The notes under the pieces were generated by a model. That model did no database searches. It was not told the origin of the DNA and worked only from the letters and a program-made list of their open reading frames with translations. Of a stretch of 30,202 nucleotides of DNA, positions 10,001 through 17,957 are shown in pieces. A program made the position numbers and the translations under genes. This DNA is from an uncultured virus (IMG/VR IMGVR_UViG_3300035180_001708) (taxonomy: Duplodnaviria > Heunggongvirae > Uroviricota > Caudoviricetes): IMG/VR virus record IMGVR_UViG_3300035180_001708. One strand, 5' to 3'. Within the stretch, counting starts at the first letter, position 1. Every line of letters starts with the position of its first letter.

Positions 10001-12410
10001 TAATGAAGGCAGTGCCAAAAGCGGTTGCCAGCTCTGTAGCTGTGTAAAGCAAAGAACCCTTACCAAGCTTCAGCGAGTCTGCGAGTACTTCGCCAAGATT
10101 CCAACCAACAAACAATGAGCCAAAACTAGTAAACAATCGCTTGTAGAAAGCAGTTCGTAGCTTCGGGCTCAACAGGGCCCCAGCCAACACGTTGTCTGCA
10201 GTTCCTGTCAGGAAGCCAATCATGTATTTAATGCCGCTACGGAAAGTTCCGTTAAAGGCATACATAGCACCGAAGCCAAGAGCAGTACCAATAGTACCAG
10301 CCCAGTTAGCCGTCATAGCCTTGATTTGCGCTTCAGGTAAACTAGAAAACACACTACTGAACAAAACCGAACCAAGAGCTACACCAGCAGTAGTCAGAGC
10401 GTTACCAATGGCCCTAGAAATCTTTGGAATGAGTCGCTCAGTAGCTCCTGTGGAAGGAATATAGAGTTGGGCAATAACATCACCAAGAGCATTAGACGAC
10501 AAGCTCTTTGCAGATCCAACAAGCATGTTGTAGATACTGTAGAACCCAGCTTGTAGGTACCAACCAACAATGCTATTAACTTCTTCAACGTTAAAGGCAG
10601 TCAACAGCAGCAGCCCAAAACCAAGTTTGAAGCTTTGTTTAACCACACCTCTTACAGAGGCGTTGAACACAGCCATCAGTAGGGTAGACAAAATAAAGAC
10701 TGCTTGTTTTATGTCAAAGGTATTTACTGCGTAGTCGTAGATTGAGGTAAGCGGGTTTGCAATAGAACCAAAATCGCTAGTAACAACTGCTTTGTAAAAC
10801 TCAAGCACTTTCTTTTTCAAGGAGCCAAACTGAACTGACAAGAAAGAGCTAGTATCTTTAAAGCTTTCAATCAACTTTGCCTTAGCAATACTTAGGGCCG
10901 TTCCAATGGCCTTCAAGGGCAAGGTTGCGCTAAAGAAAGCACCAAGATCAATAGACTTACCATCTTTGCTATACGACTTTATCTTGTCTACTAGGTTCGT
11001 AATAGATTGTTTAATTACGTCAATACTACTCAACTGCGTAGCAAAGCTAACCACCCCTGCTCCAAACAGCAAGGCTGACAACAGACCACCCTTGGTACCA
11101 AAGTTAGCGTAGGCTCTCATACCGCGGAAAACAGTAGCCATGCCAGTTATAGTAATCAAGGCTAGTTTGAAGTAGTCGATAGAACCAAGCCAAGATTGCA
11201 GGTTAGAAAACATATTAACAACGTTATTTCTAAACTCTACCAGGTAAGCTTTTACCTTGGGCCACAAGGTCTTAGTGTATTCTGCAATTTGGTCGACAGT
11301 GTCTGGCCAAATAGAGTGACCAACAAGCACGTCCCACAACTCAGTGAAGATAGCAATGACACCGTTCTTGAAGTTGATAAAAATTGCTTCAACTTGTGGC
11401 CACAATTCCGAAGCATAAACAACGATCTTGTGAATCGAGCGAGCCCACGGGTTAATGAAGTCATCAACGGTTTTACCAATGGTTTTTGCGTGAGCTCGGA
11501 AGTAGTTAGCAATACCAAGCAGAGCTTTACCAATGTACTGGTTGATCCCGAGAGCTCGGTTCAACTCACCATGGTACTGCATCAGAGCATCCTTGGCCAG
11601 CATCCACCCAGCCGCAACAGTAGGCGTCTGGTTAGCAGCTTGCTTAGCAAGGTCTTCACGCTGAGACAGCAGAGCGTTGGTAACAGCATCAGTGGTCAGT
11701 TTACCTTCTGCAGCCAGTTTCCTGACTTCAGTGGTGCTCATCTTCATACCCTTGGCAATAGCCACGAGGATCATTGGAGCTTGTTCAGCAATAGACTGGA
11801 GTTCTTGACCCGAACCGTGCCAGTTACCAGACATAGCCTGACCAAACTGAACAAGAGCTGCTGACGTGGATTCAGGACTCTGAGCTCCAATTTTACTGGC
11901 ATTCTGAACAGTTTCAACCAGAGAAAGCAGCTTATCAGTGGTGTACTTGTCCTTTAAGGTCAACCCGAGAGAACCAAATAAGTCAGCAGAGTCAGACAGA
12001 GTAGACTTAGTATTTGCTGCAATCTCAGACAGCTGTTTTCTAACAACAGCTAGCTTTGCGGTGCGGCCAACAACAATCGAAATTCGATTGTCAATCATTG
12101 TCATGGCATCACCAGAGTTGACAACTTTGTTTACATAGGCAAAGGCCCCAGCAAAGGCAGCGGCTGCGATGGCAGCGGCCTTCAGCCCGCCAATGGTATC
12201 GAGAATTTTGTTATTAAAAGTAGCTGTAGACTTAGCAGCCGTATCCATCGACTTTGATAGCTTAGAATAATCGGAAGCACGATTCAGGGCCAGCATGTTA
12301 CGGTTCAGAGTGCTGCTAGACCGAGTAAGACGATTGAGACCATCGTCAATTCTCTTGAAGGCTGCCGTAACTTCCCTGTCTCTTGCTGTAAAGTCAATAG
12401 AAACTGACAT
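7005..12410 (-). CDS. Tail tape measure protein (about 1801 aa)
   Basis: Start MSVSIDF at 12410 (SD AAGGA). N-terminal tape-measure domain (ALVQFGQAMSG...QELQSIAEQAP...LAAEGKLT), a long Ala/Gly/hydrophobic middle, and two C-terminal G.G..TSDSIPAMLSNGEFV.NA motifs. Confidence 0.93.
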   Translation of the reverse strand: MSVSIDFTARDREVTAAFKRIDDGLNRLTRSSSTLNRNMLALNRASDYSKLSKSMDTAAKSTATFNNKILDTIGGLKAAAIAAAAFAGAFAYVNKVVNSGDAMTMIDNRISIVVGRTAKLAVVRKQLSEIAANTKSTLSDSADLFGSLGLTLKDKYTTDKLLSLVETVQNASKIGAQSPESTSAALVQFGQAMSGNWHGSGQELQSIAEQAPMILVAIAKGMKMSTTEVRKLAAEGKLTTDAVTNALLSQREDLAKQAANQTPTVAAGWMLAKDALMQYHGELNRALGINQYIGKALLGIANYFRAHAKTIGKTVDDFINPWARSIHKIVVYASELWPQVEAIFINFKNGVIAIFTELWDVLVGHSIWPDTVDQIAEYTKTLWPKVKAYLVEFRNNVVNMFSNLQSWLGSIDYFKLALITITGMATVFRGMRAYANFGTKGGLLSALLFGAGVVSFATQLSSIDVIKQSITNLVDKIKSYSKDGKSIDLGAFFSATLPLKAIGTALSIAKAKLIESFKDTSSFLSVQFGSLKKKVLEFYKAVVTSDFGSIANPLTSIYDYAVNTFDIKQAVFILSTLLMAVFNASVRGVVKQSFKLGFGLLLLTAFNVEEVNSIVGWYLQAGFYSIYNMLVGSAKSLSSNALGDVIAQLYIPSTGATERLIPKISRAIGNALTTAGVALGSVLFSSVFSSLPEAQIKAMTANWAGTIGTALGFGAMYAFNGTFRSGIKYMIGFLTGTADNVLAGALLSPKLRTAFYKRLFTSFGSLFVGWNLGEVLADSLKLGKGSLLYTATELATAFGTAFITDAAYAMMTGEGLSKKVKDARKKPGVTVNGRKMSKAQPAEVGPGFLSSAFGLVTSAAIGFAISQSVIDPIIEQLTGGPLSQSMKIASAVITMLGTSMAMGMSLPLPQGMKSKTKNLSAVFVKTMENMIADAFPTKVKGVQRVAIGGLGAAIGMWIGGQMVEGVGLSSNQELAVKGVSTVAGTMIGLLASQFSEAGVGWIQNRDWTTIKQKITKSLLAKLFGGKAGTRGAVIGAAIAVKPVVDWVTESHQDWSAAQQVGAIIGAELAVAVGSGLAASMTTGLTKYMAAKTITVFGPAFTAMAESIRGNKVAYAAILSVAVMEVMSIALNGQGMVEKLVPDTQKMAGMFVDALTSALVVGLGAIAIGASIPLALGLGLLAAIGLGIARFLGPEKMAEIGHRVLDAIEAGIEAVVGAGKWIILLYTDPQMARDQGAEFIKNFMEGVKSIGSELSDWLKQQMGFPTGNLDKDLNSVAVAKDSIATADTPLKLALAVDALSKANENLGKTIAGKPGALALDGLDFPARVQAMLSREQDKLTANQNYLSAFPVNSLQINALSNEDTGLNPEDLATMAMATVQIADSNKKIGEFQAVLDNLKVNATNIYIMGGGLGGGVLLNVPTPRVDPEANGSTRRAAGGWVFGAGSATSDSIPAMLSNGEFVINAKQSKKFAGVLQMINSGRMGHHKDGLAPEQPGFFQSTMDYLTGGQGTRIEPATDAENKLSDARTKGIRVATAAERHAKWLADRTKENAKKLEESVWELEQALKEASDMNKDYFAQVGVDGAKSMSDSMKSHLKAALSGTETPLQAISGFIDDFTSQIISGFVDSFTNSIFKGLNLDSIFANMFSGNAQMGAGVGTAVAGKVAGAGGGGFLAGALSWLGGLFHLADGGHISGPGTGTSDSIPAMLSNGEFVVNAAATKRWSPLLHSINSGSVPHFAGGGRVGSPPTALMGGGKASGKAEQHFHITVTGDVSAQTRKEIVKMIPDITAGVNMTNREKGNR

Positions 12411-12423
12411 TTGTTGTTCCTTT

Positions 12424-12452
12424 AAAAAAATCCCCACGGTGTGAGCGTGGGG
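12424..12452 (-). terminator. Intrinsic terminator just upstream of the tape measure gene
   Basis: Minus strand reads CCCCACG-CTCACAC-CGTGGGG-A-TTTTTTT. Confidence 0.7.
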
Positions 12453-12458
12453 CAAAAA

Positions 12459-12773
12459 TCAATCTTTTTTATCGGCGACTGGGTAAGTCGGGGTTCCAAG
12501 CGTTGCTAGTGCATGCTCAATGAAATATCGGGGAGCTATTTCGCTTGTCCCATAGTTTACGTAGAAAATGTATTCTTTGTCGTTGACGAGAGTTACTTTA
12601 CCTTTGTGAACTTCTAGATCCCAGGAAGCTTTTGCGGCACCTGTGTCTACAGGAGTAAAGTTACGGATTTGGTTTAGCCCTTCTTGAGCTTTTTCGAGCA
12701 ACTTGGCTTTTTCTTCCGCGATTACTCGAGCGACTTCGTAGGCTGTTGACCCTGCAATTTTGACTGAAAGCAT
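12459..12773 (-). CDS. HK97 gp10-family tail component
   Basis: Motifs TPVDTGAAKASW, YIFYVNYGTS and APRYFIE. Confidence 0.8.
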   Translation of the reverse strand: MLSVKIAGSTAYEVARVIAEEKAKLLEKAQEGLNQIRNFTPVDTGAAKASWDLEVHKGKVTLVNDKEYIFYVNYGTSEIAPRYFIEHALATLGTPTYPVADKKD

Positions 12774-12775
12774 TT

Positions 12776-13129
12776 TTAACCCTTAGGTGAGAGGAAGGAA
12801 ATATCTCCCTTGATCTTAGGAGCAAATCTTTCAATGAAGGCAAGAATACCTTTCTGTTGAACAAGTTCTTCTTCCTTAGCTTTCTCATGATCTCTCATGG
12901 TCTTGAGGCTAGTGAACAAATCTTCAGGCTTAACCTTGTCAGAACCTGCAAAGGCTGACACAATAAGGTAAGTTCGGTAGTCTTCCCTCCAGCCGCTAGG
13001 AAATCTCTCAAAGTACTGTAGCCAACCTTGAAGCTCAGGGTAAGGTAAAGACATCAACTCTGTTAGAGACATTCCTAGACTGTGGGCCAGGTCGTAGTAA
13101 GATAACTCTTCGTCAGTTAGGCGTTTGGG
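12776..13129 (-). CDS. C-terminal part of the frameshifted tail assembly chaperone (gpGT-like)
   Basis: The -1 frame is open from the slippery site: PKRLTDEELSYYDLAHSLGMSLTELMSLPYPELQGWLQYF..., a typical gpT-like pattern. Confidence 0.75.
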   Translation of the reverse strand, partial: PKRLTDEELSYYDLAHSLGMSLTELMSLPYPELQGWLQYFERFPSGWREDYRTYLIVSAFAGSDKVKPEDLFTSLKTMRDHEKAKEEELVQQKGILAFIERFAPKIKGDISFLSPKG

Positions 13130-13437
13130 GCTGCTACAGCCTTAGTGTCAATACCGGAATAAGCCAGAATAGCCTCGACCAGAGCACCGATTTCCGGGAA
13201 CGGGAAAGACTTGAGCTCGTCGTCAGTCAGCTCGTCTGCGGACTCAACAGCAATGCGAATCAGCTTGAACTGAATTTGAAGACCAGCGTCTTCGGCTTCG
13301 GAGTCTGCTCGCTCCTTGACAAAGGACTGAAAGTCCATGACCTCAGCCGAGGACATTTGACGAATAGTCACAGCGTCCTTGACACCCAGGAAGTCAACGG
13401 TCTTAGTGGGAAGCTTAACTTTAAGCAGGTTTTTCAA
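13117..13437 (-). CDS. Tail assembly chaperone (gpG-like)
   Basis: TTG start with SD AAGGA. Acidic 106-aa protein between the tail tube and tape measure genes, ending in a slippery heptamer. Confidence 0.75.
   Translation of the reverse strand: MKNLLKVKLPTKTVDFLGVKDAVTIRQMSSAEVMDFQSFVKERADSEAEDAGLQIQFKLIRIAVESADELTDDELKSFPFPEIGALVEAILAYSGIDTKAVAAPNA
13123..13129 (-). promoter_or_regulatory. -1 programmed ribosomal frameshift site C CCA AAC
   Basis: In-frame X XXY YYZ heptamer ending one codon before the TAA. A -1 shift enters the downstream chaperone ORF with no stop. Confidence 0.8.
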
Positions 13438-13655
13438 TTCAGAAGATCCTTATTTGTATCTTTAATGGAAACGATGAGCGCGGACAATTTGTGAAGGTTA
13501 CTAAGAGTCAGCAGAATTTCTGCCCCCAGTGAGGGTTGATCACTAGCTTCGGGTAGACGCGCAATTGTTTTGGCAATGGAAATTTCAACACTTGCAAGCA
13601 TGTGCTTCAAGGTTTCAGCAATGACATACTGGTTGGAAAAGGGTTTAGGTTTCAT
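13434..13655 (-). CDS. Hypothetical tail-module protein (73 aa)
   Basis: Probable start MKPKPFSNQYV at 13655 (SD AAGG). Helical, and coupled to the chaperone gene. Confidence 0.65.
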   Translation of the reverse strand: MKPKPFSNQYVIAETLKHMLASVEISIAKTIARLPEASDQPSLGAEILLTLSNLHKLSALIVSIKDTNKDLLN

Positions 13656-13673
13656 GATGACCTTGTATGAGGG

Positions 13674-13699
13674 GTTGCCCCCAGCGAACTGGGGGAAAC
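13674..13699 (-). promoter_or_regulatory. GC-rich hairpin with a TTCG loop after the tail tube genes
   Basis: CCCCCAG-TTCG-CTGGGGG directly after the stop at 13702. No U-tract follows. Confidence 0.55.
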
Positions 13700-13701
13700 T
13701 A

Positions 13702-14283
13702 TTAAACACCGGGGTTGGTGCTAGTGGGTCCAATGAGGTCCGATTGAACGCTAAGATTGATCGTAGCGGTGACAACGTCGTCTCTCATGGGAGTGTAGGT
13801 AATGGCCTCAAGGCGACCAACAAAGTAGAACTGAGTATTCTTTACAATGTTGGTGAGAGTACCACCGATGTTGGGGACTGAGGCTGAAGTAACATAAGCC
13901 GGAGGCAAACCACTCAACATGGCTACCATGAACAGCTTAGAAGTACCGTCATTAACTGCGTCCATTAGCGTACCCGTAGTAGCAAAGGAGTTACCATTAA
14001 CCAGCCAGAGGCTAGGGTCATAGTTAACCACCACGTCAACAGCTTCAAGATCACCTTGAACGTTTGCCTGAATAGTGGACTTGCTATTGTATTGGGCTAC
14101 CTTGATAATATTGTCTTGACTACCGAGAGTGGGCATGTCACGAACGTTATCAATACTGACAAAGTCAGCTGCAGTAGCAAAGGCTGCTCTGCAATTTGCT
14201 GCACTAAGGACGGCGGGAACTGATTGCCTAGACACCAACAGTACGGCGTACTGAGTTGATTGAATAGAGTTTAGGTTACCCAT
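13702..14283 (-). CDS. Tail tube (major tail) protein, paralog 2
   Basis: Shares DNVRD.PTLGS..NI.KV..Y, NTQFYF.GR.E and TP.RDD.VTA...LSVQS.L.GP with the upstream gene. Confidence 0.75.
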   Translation of the reverse strand: MGNLNSIQSTQYAVLLVSRQSVPAVLSAANCRAAFATAADFVSIDNVRDMPTLGSQDNIIKVAQYNSKSTIQANVQGDLEAVDVVVNYDPSLWLVNGNSFATTGTLMDAVNDGTSKLFMVAMLSGLPPAYVTSASVPNIGGTLTNIVKNTQFYFVGRLEAITYTPMRDDVVTATINLSVQSDLIGPTSTNPGV

Positions 14284-14284
14284 G

Positions 14285-14848
14285 TTAGATCGTAAACGGC
14301 CCGAGCAGTTCCGACTGAACAGACAACTGAACGTCAGCAGTCACAGCATCATCGCGAGCGGGCGTAACTTGGTAGGATTCGATACGACCGATAAAATAGA
14401 ACTGGGTGTTCAACACAGTACCAATACCACCTGCAACCATGTTATAGTTGGTGGGTTTTTGGTTCATCATGGTGAACTGGAACACCTTGGAAACGTTGTC
14501 ACTAACAGCGTCACCAAAGTTACCCGTACCAGCGCCCATGAAGCTAACACCCGTGGCAACCCAGTTCGTGGGAACAAAGTTGACCTTGACCGAGTAGTCA
14601 GGAGCGTCGCCCTGAGCACCAATCGAGTAGGTGCGGCTAGAGCCGTAAACAGGAACCTTGACAATGTTAGCGGTCGAGCCCAGGGTTGGGAAGTCACGAA
14701 CGTTGTCAAAGGAAAGGTAGGTGTTAGTCGTCAGACCCGTAAAGAGACCTTGAAGAACAGTAGAAGTGAGCGTACCGCCAGGAACAGCGGTTCGAGCAAC
14801 GCTCATCACAGAGTGATAAGCTGCGGTAATTGCAGTAATATGAGCCAT
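14285..14848 (-). CDS. Tail tube (major tail) protein, paralog 1
   Basis: 187-aa beta-rich protein after the tail terminator. It has a pattern typical of siphovirus tube proteins and strongly biased codon use (a long antisense shadow ORF). Confidence 0.8.
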   Translation of the reverse strand: MAHITAITAAYHSVMSVARTAVPGGTLTSTVLQGLFTGLTTNTYLSFDNVRDFPTLGSTANIVKVPVYGSSRTYSIGAQGDAPDYSVKVNFVPTNWVATGVSFMGAGTGNFGDAVSDNVSKVFQFTMMNQKPTNYNMVAGGIGTVLNTQFYFIGRIESYQVTPARDDAVTADVQLSVQSELLGPFTI

Positions 14849-14849
14849 T

Positions 14850-15236
14850 TTATACTCCGAAGAAAATGAAGGGAATTGAGTAATCAGTTCTCGACAAAGA
14901 GTTGTCTGAAGCGTCTAGTCCCATATAATTCAACGAGCTTGCTGTGAATTGTAGAGCGCCTAGTGTCTTACTCTGGAAGGTTTGGTCCAACTTATCTGCA
15001 ATGGTTGCTGCTGGCACTTGTCCTTGTCCGGACTTTGTATAGATTTGGAAAACAACCATACCTCGAATTTCTTGGTTATGGGTGTAGTCAATCAATTGCT
15101 TCCTTGGTAGAAGAATTGACACCTTTAGAAAAGGGGCCTCTGATTTTTTACCTACAAAGTCTTCAGGATAGATTGACTGTTGTAGTTGCAGACTGTTGAC
15201 CAGGTTGTAGACGTAAGTAATAATGTCACCATACAT
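14850..15236 (-). CDS. Tail terminator / tail completion protein
   Basis: Position before the tube gene. Motif GMVVFQIYTKSGQG..PAATIADKLD..F and C-terminal YSIPF. Confidence 0.7.
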   Translation of the reverse strand: MYGDIITYVYNLVNSLQLQQSIYPEDFVGKKSEAPFLKVSILLPRKQLIDYTHNQEIRGMVVFQIYTKSGQGQVPAATIADKLDQTFQSKTLGALQFTASSLNYMGLDASDNSLSRTDYSIPFIFFGV

Positions 15237-15571
15237 TACTCACCTTGCACTTCCAGGATAACAGCCCCCTCGTAGACCTCAATACACTTTACTCTGTAGG
15301 TAACAGAGTTCACAATAATCGAGTCATACAAGGAAGTTTCAAAGATAGCTTTTCTAAGTAGGAGCTTTTGGTAAAAAGATTTACCAGTTTCTAACTTGGT
15401 CTCAAGGACTAACGCCTTGGTGTTCACAGTGGTTTCCTGGACAACAGGTTCACCAAGAGCAAAGTTAAAGGCGTTAGAGCTAGAGTTTACAAGAGTTACT
15501 TCCACAGCGAGGTTGTCTAGCTGCTTGAATACTGTTTCTACTGCTGCTTCAATCGTAGTGCTAAGACTCAT
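15236..15571 (-). CDS. Head closure / head-tail adaptor
   Basis: 111 aa with a beta-rich C-terminus (DSIIVNSVTYRV). Gene order fits. Confidence 0.6.
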   Translation of the reverse strand: MSLSTTIEAAVETVFKQLDNLAVEVTLVNSSSNAFNFALGEPVVQETTVNTKALVLETKLETGKSFYQKLLLRKAIFETSLYDSIIVNSVTYRVKCIEVYEGAVILEVQGE

Positions 15572-16062
15572 CAGTTAGCCCTCCACCAGAGTAGCTCTGA
15601 GGAGTTGGTTGTGAGGGGTGCAATAAGATTAGAAACTTGCCTGGGTATCAGAGGGACACGGCCAGGGTCGCTTGTAGCATTAGTGTTTTTCAGTGTAATT
15701 GGACCGACAGTCAACTCGTCATAGTTCGCGTCATAGCCTTGAATAGCGCTAGGATAACGAAGATAGTGAAGTGCGAGAAAGGCGGTAGCCTTGGAGAGTC
15801 TGGTAGGAACTGTCAGGCTGTCGGTGGTTACAAGCAGGGCTAGACTTGAATCATAGTAGGTAAAAGAGGCACGAGGCCAGGACAAGACTTGAGTAGGCGA
15901 AACCGCGTACCCAAGCCAAGTCGTGTCGTCGAGGACTCTCGTCGCATTGATCAACGCCTGCTCTTGTTCAGCTACAGTTGCAGCGATCCATTCAGGGTCA
16001 GTGCCGATCCAGGGGGTGGCGTCAACCAAGAAAGTATTTGTAAAAAGAGTTAGCGTCATCAA
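15571..16062 (-). CDS. Head-tail connector protein
   Basis: Follows the capsid gene. Motif EQALINATRVLD...W.G......Q.LSWPR, then VP..L..A...LA and VGPI. Confidence 0.75.
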   Translation of the reverse strand: MMTLTLFTNTFLVDATPWIGTDPEWIAATVAEQEQALINATRVLDDTTWLGYAVSPTQVLSWPRASFTYYDSSLALLVTTDSLTVPTRLSKATAFLALHYLRYPSAIQGYDANYDELTVGPITLKNTNATSDPGRVPLIPRQVSNLIAPLTTNSSELLWWRAN

Positions 16063-16071
16063 TGAACCTCA

Positions 16072-17166
16072 TTAGCCGTGGAAGATGGGGAGAATTTTGA
16101 GGTTCAGCGGGTCAACAACACGCGTCCACGAAGCAGCGGTGCCCAGGAGAGCGTTCGTTGCGAAGGCGTTCGATGCACCTGCCCAGTTGTAGCCCATCGG
16201 GTGAGAGACGAAGCCATAACGGTACCACAGTTCAGTCGTACCACCACCACCATACGAGCGAGCATCACGTTGAATTTCAGTCGGAGTCGGAACCGCAACT
16301 TCATTGAACGAGATAGCACCCGGTTGGACCAGGAAGGTCGTCTTGGTGGAGTAGGTGTTGACGTTACCACCGGAGTTGTCACCTTGGTCTGCGCGCGACA
16401 CAACAAGACGGAACTTGCCGTTGAAGATCGTTTGGAAGTCCAGGTTACCGTCACGGATTTTGTCCAGGTCGATAAGGTTGGCTTCACGCAGGTCGGCGAG
16501 CACGGCGGGGGACGTAATCATGTACAGGTAGTCCGGTTCGTAGTCTTTCCAGAACATACCCATGGCGCGGAACAGGCGAGCACCGCGGTCAGCACCCTTG
16601 ACCGAGCTATCGATCAGTTTGCGAGCCGTGGGAGCAGACGCCACAACAGCACCGAATTCGCCAGCAGCGTTAAGGTCTACGAAGGCACCAACAGTAGCCG
16701 AGGGCACCGAGGTGAACGTAGTGATACCACCACCACTAGCAATCGACTTCTCGTACGCAGCAACACCCTTGAGCGTAGACAGAACAGCAGCGTGTTCGTC
16801 CTGAGCGCGGTTTTGAGCGAACTGGCCAGCCACGTAGGGAATACCTTCTTGGCGGCTGATGATCGATTGAATGTTTTCTTCCTGCACACCGAGCGTACGA
16901 ACGTTCTTGATGTAGTTCAGGATCGAGGTCGACATGGTCGAGTAGGACCCAGCAGTAGCCGTACCGATTACGGGCTGGTTAAAGACGCCCTGCACTGGTT
17001 TGAACCAGCGGAGCTGACCGATGAAGGATTCCCCGGTCGTGTCAATGCCGTTACCGGAAGTCACAAGGCCCGTGGAGTTAATGCGTTGCTCTTGCGTCCA
17101 GCGCTCTTGAGCGTAGGCAGAAATTGCGAGAGCCACGTTCTGAAAAAGAGTGTGGTTAATAGCCAT
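16072..17166 (-). CDS. Major capsid protein
   Basis: 364 aa, directly after the scaffold gene and before the connector. Strong codon bias. C-terminal GGGTTELWYRYGFVSHPMGYNWAG...W.R pattern of HK97-fold coat proteins. Confidence 0.85.
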   Translation of the reverse strand: MAINHTLFQNVALAISAYAQERWTQEQRINSTGLVTSGNGIDTTGESFIGQLRWFKPVQGVFNQPVIGTATAGSYSTMSTSILNYIKNVRTLGVQEENIQSIISRQEGIPYVAGQFAQNRAQDEHAAVLSTLKGVAAYEKSIASGGGITTFTSVPSATVGAFVDLNAAGEFGAVVASAPTARKLIDSSVKGADRGARLFRAMGMFWKDYEPDYLYMITSPAVLADLREANLIDLDKIRDGNLDFQTIFNGKFRLVVSRADQGDNSGGNVNTYSTKTTFLVQPGAISFNEVAVPTPTEIQRDARSYGGGGTTELWYRYGFVSHPMGYNWAGASNAFATNALLGTAASWTRVVDPLNLKILPIFHG

Positions 17167-17204
17167 AGTTTTTGTTGTACCTTATAGTGTGTTGACTGGT
17201 CGCC

Positions 17205-17873
17205 TTAATTACCAGACAAAGCAGTCTGTTTAGCCGCCCAGGCCAGTAGTTCTTCGGAACTCATTCCGATGAAAGACTTGGGAGCTTTATCTTTAGCAGT
17301 TGTCTTGTTAGTAGGGGCACCAGTACCTTGGTTATCCTTCGACTTAAGGAAGGTATCTCGAAACTCATCGTTCTTAGGAAGAGTTTTAATGTAGTCTTGA
17401 ATCGAGGCACCAGACTTGTGCACCCAGGCACCGTCAGTATCTTGAATCAGATCTTTTGCGATCAGGTCCGTAGCGCTGATCTTGGCAAAGTTAGTACGGA
17501 ATTCGAGCGAACTGAGAGCAGTCTCAAGTTCACGATCTCGCGTAACTGACACTAGTTTCGTTGAAGTCATTTTCAACTCTTCTTCTAGTTCAGCAATTCG
17601 CATGTTGGCAGCTTCAAGCTCTTTTCCATCGGCCTTGAGGGCAGCTCGCTGAACATCAGCAGCAGCTTTCTCAGCACGAACACGAGCCTTCGTCTCAGCT
17701 TCAAGCTTTTTACTCATCGCATCTTGGTTGGCCTTCATACGCGCCAGTTTGGCGTTAGCGGCTTCTTCAACCATGCGGTTAAATTCCTCGGAGCGTTCAC
17801 CACCAGTGGCGGCTTCTCCAGAATTCTCATTGTCAACCCCATCATCGAGGTTATCATCAGTGTCTTCAGTCAT
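17205..17873 (-). CDS. Capsid scaffolding protein
   Basis: Acidic N-terminus, long coiled coil, G.G linker and a short C-terminal helix (MSSEELLAWAA). Directly upstream of the capsid gene. Confidence 0.75.
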   Translation of the reverse strand: MTEDTDDNLDDGVDNENSGEAATGGERSEEFNRMVEEAANAKLARMKANQDAMSKKLEAETKARVRAEKAAADVQRAALKADGKELEAANMRIAELEEELKMTSTKLVSVTRDRELETALSSLEFRTNFAKISATDLIAKDLIQDTDGAWVHKSGASIQDYIKTLPKNDEFRDTFLKSKDNQGTGAPTNKTTAKDKAPKSFIGMSSEELLAWAAKQTALSGN

Positions 17874-17904
17874 TAGTGTTTCCTTTGCACAGCAATAGGT
17901 TAGG

Positions 17905-17956
17905 TTGGAAATTAAGGTACAACAATAATTTCAAGTCTAGAAGTAGGCGCTTCTAG
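17905..17956 (-). promoter_or_regulatory. Two tandem hairpins in the scaffold leader
   Basis: CTAGAAG/CTTCTAG stem (17937-17956) and GAAATTA/TAATTTC stem enclosing an 11-nt loop (17908-17932). Confidence 0.55.
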
Positions 17957-17957
17957 T

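Noticed and set aside
7105..12138. Many plus-strand ORFs inside the tape measure gene
   Set aside because: Shadow frames of an Ala/Gly-rich gene, with low-complexity translations.
12411..12455. ORF-track N-terminal extension of the tape measure protein (MPHAHTVG...)
   Set aside because: It runs through the terminator hairpin. The ATG at 12410 has a proper SD.
13674..13699. Hairpin after the tail tube genes as a classical intrinsic terminator
   Set aside because: No U-tract follows on the coding strand, so it is kept only as a possible stability or processing hairpin.
14282..14869. 195-aa plus-strand ORF opposite tail tube gene 1
   Set aside because: Same antisense shadow effect, with no supporting RBS or motif.
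16078..17187. 369-aa plus-strand ORF antisense to the major capsid gene
   Set aside because: It mirrors the capsid gene codon for codon and has no recognisable motifs. This is expected from the codon bias of a highly expressed gene.
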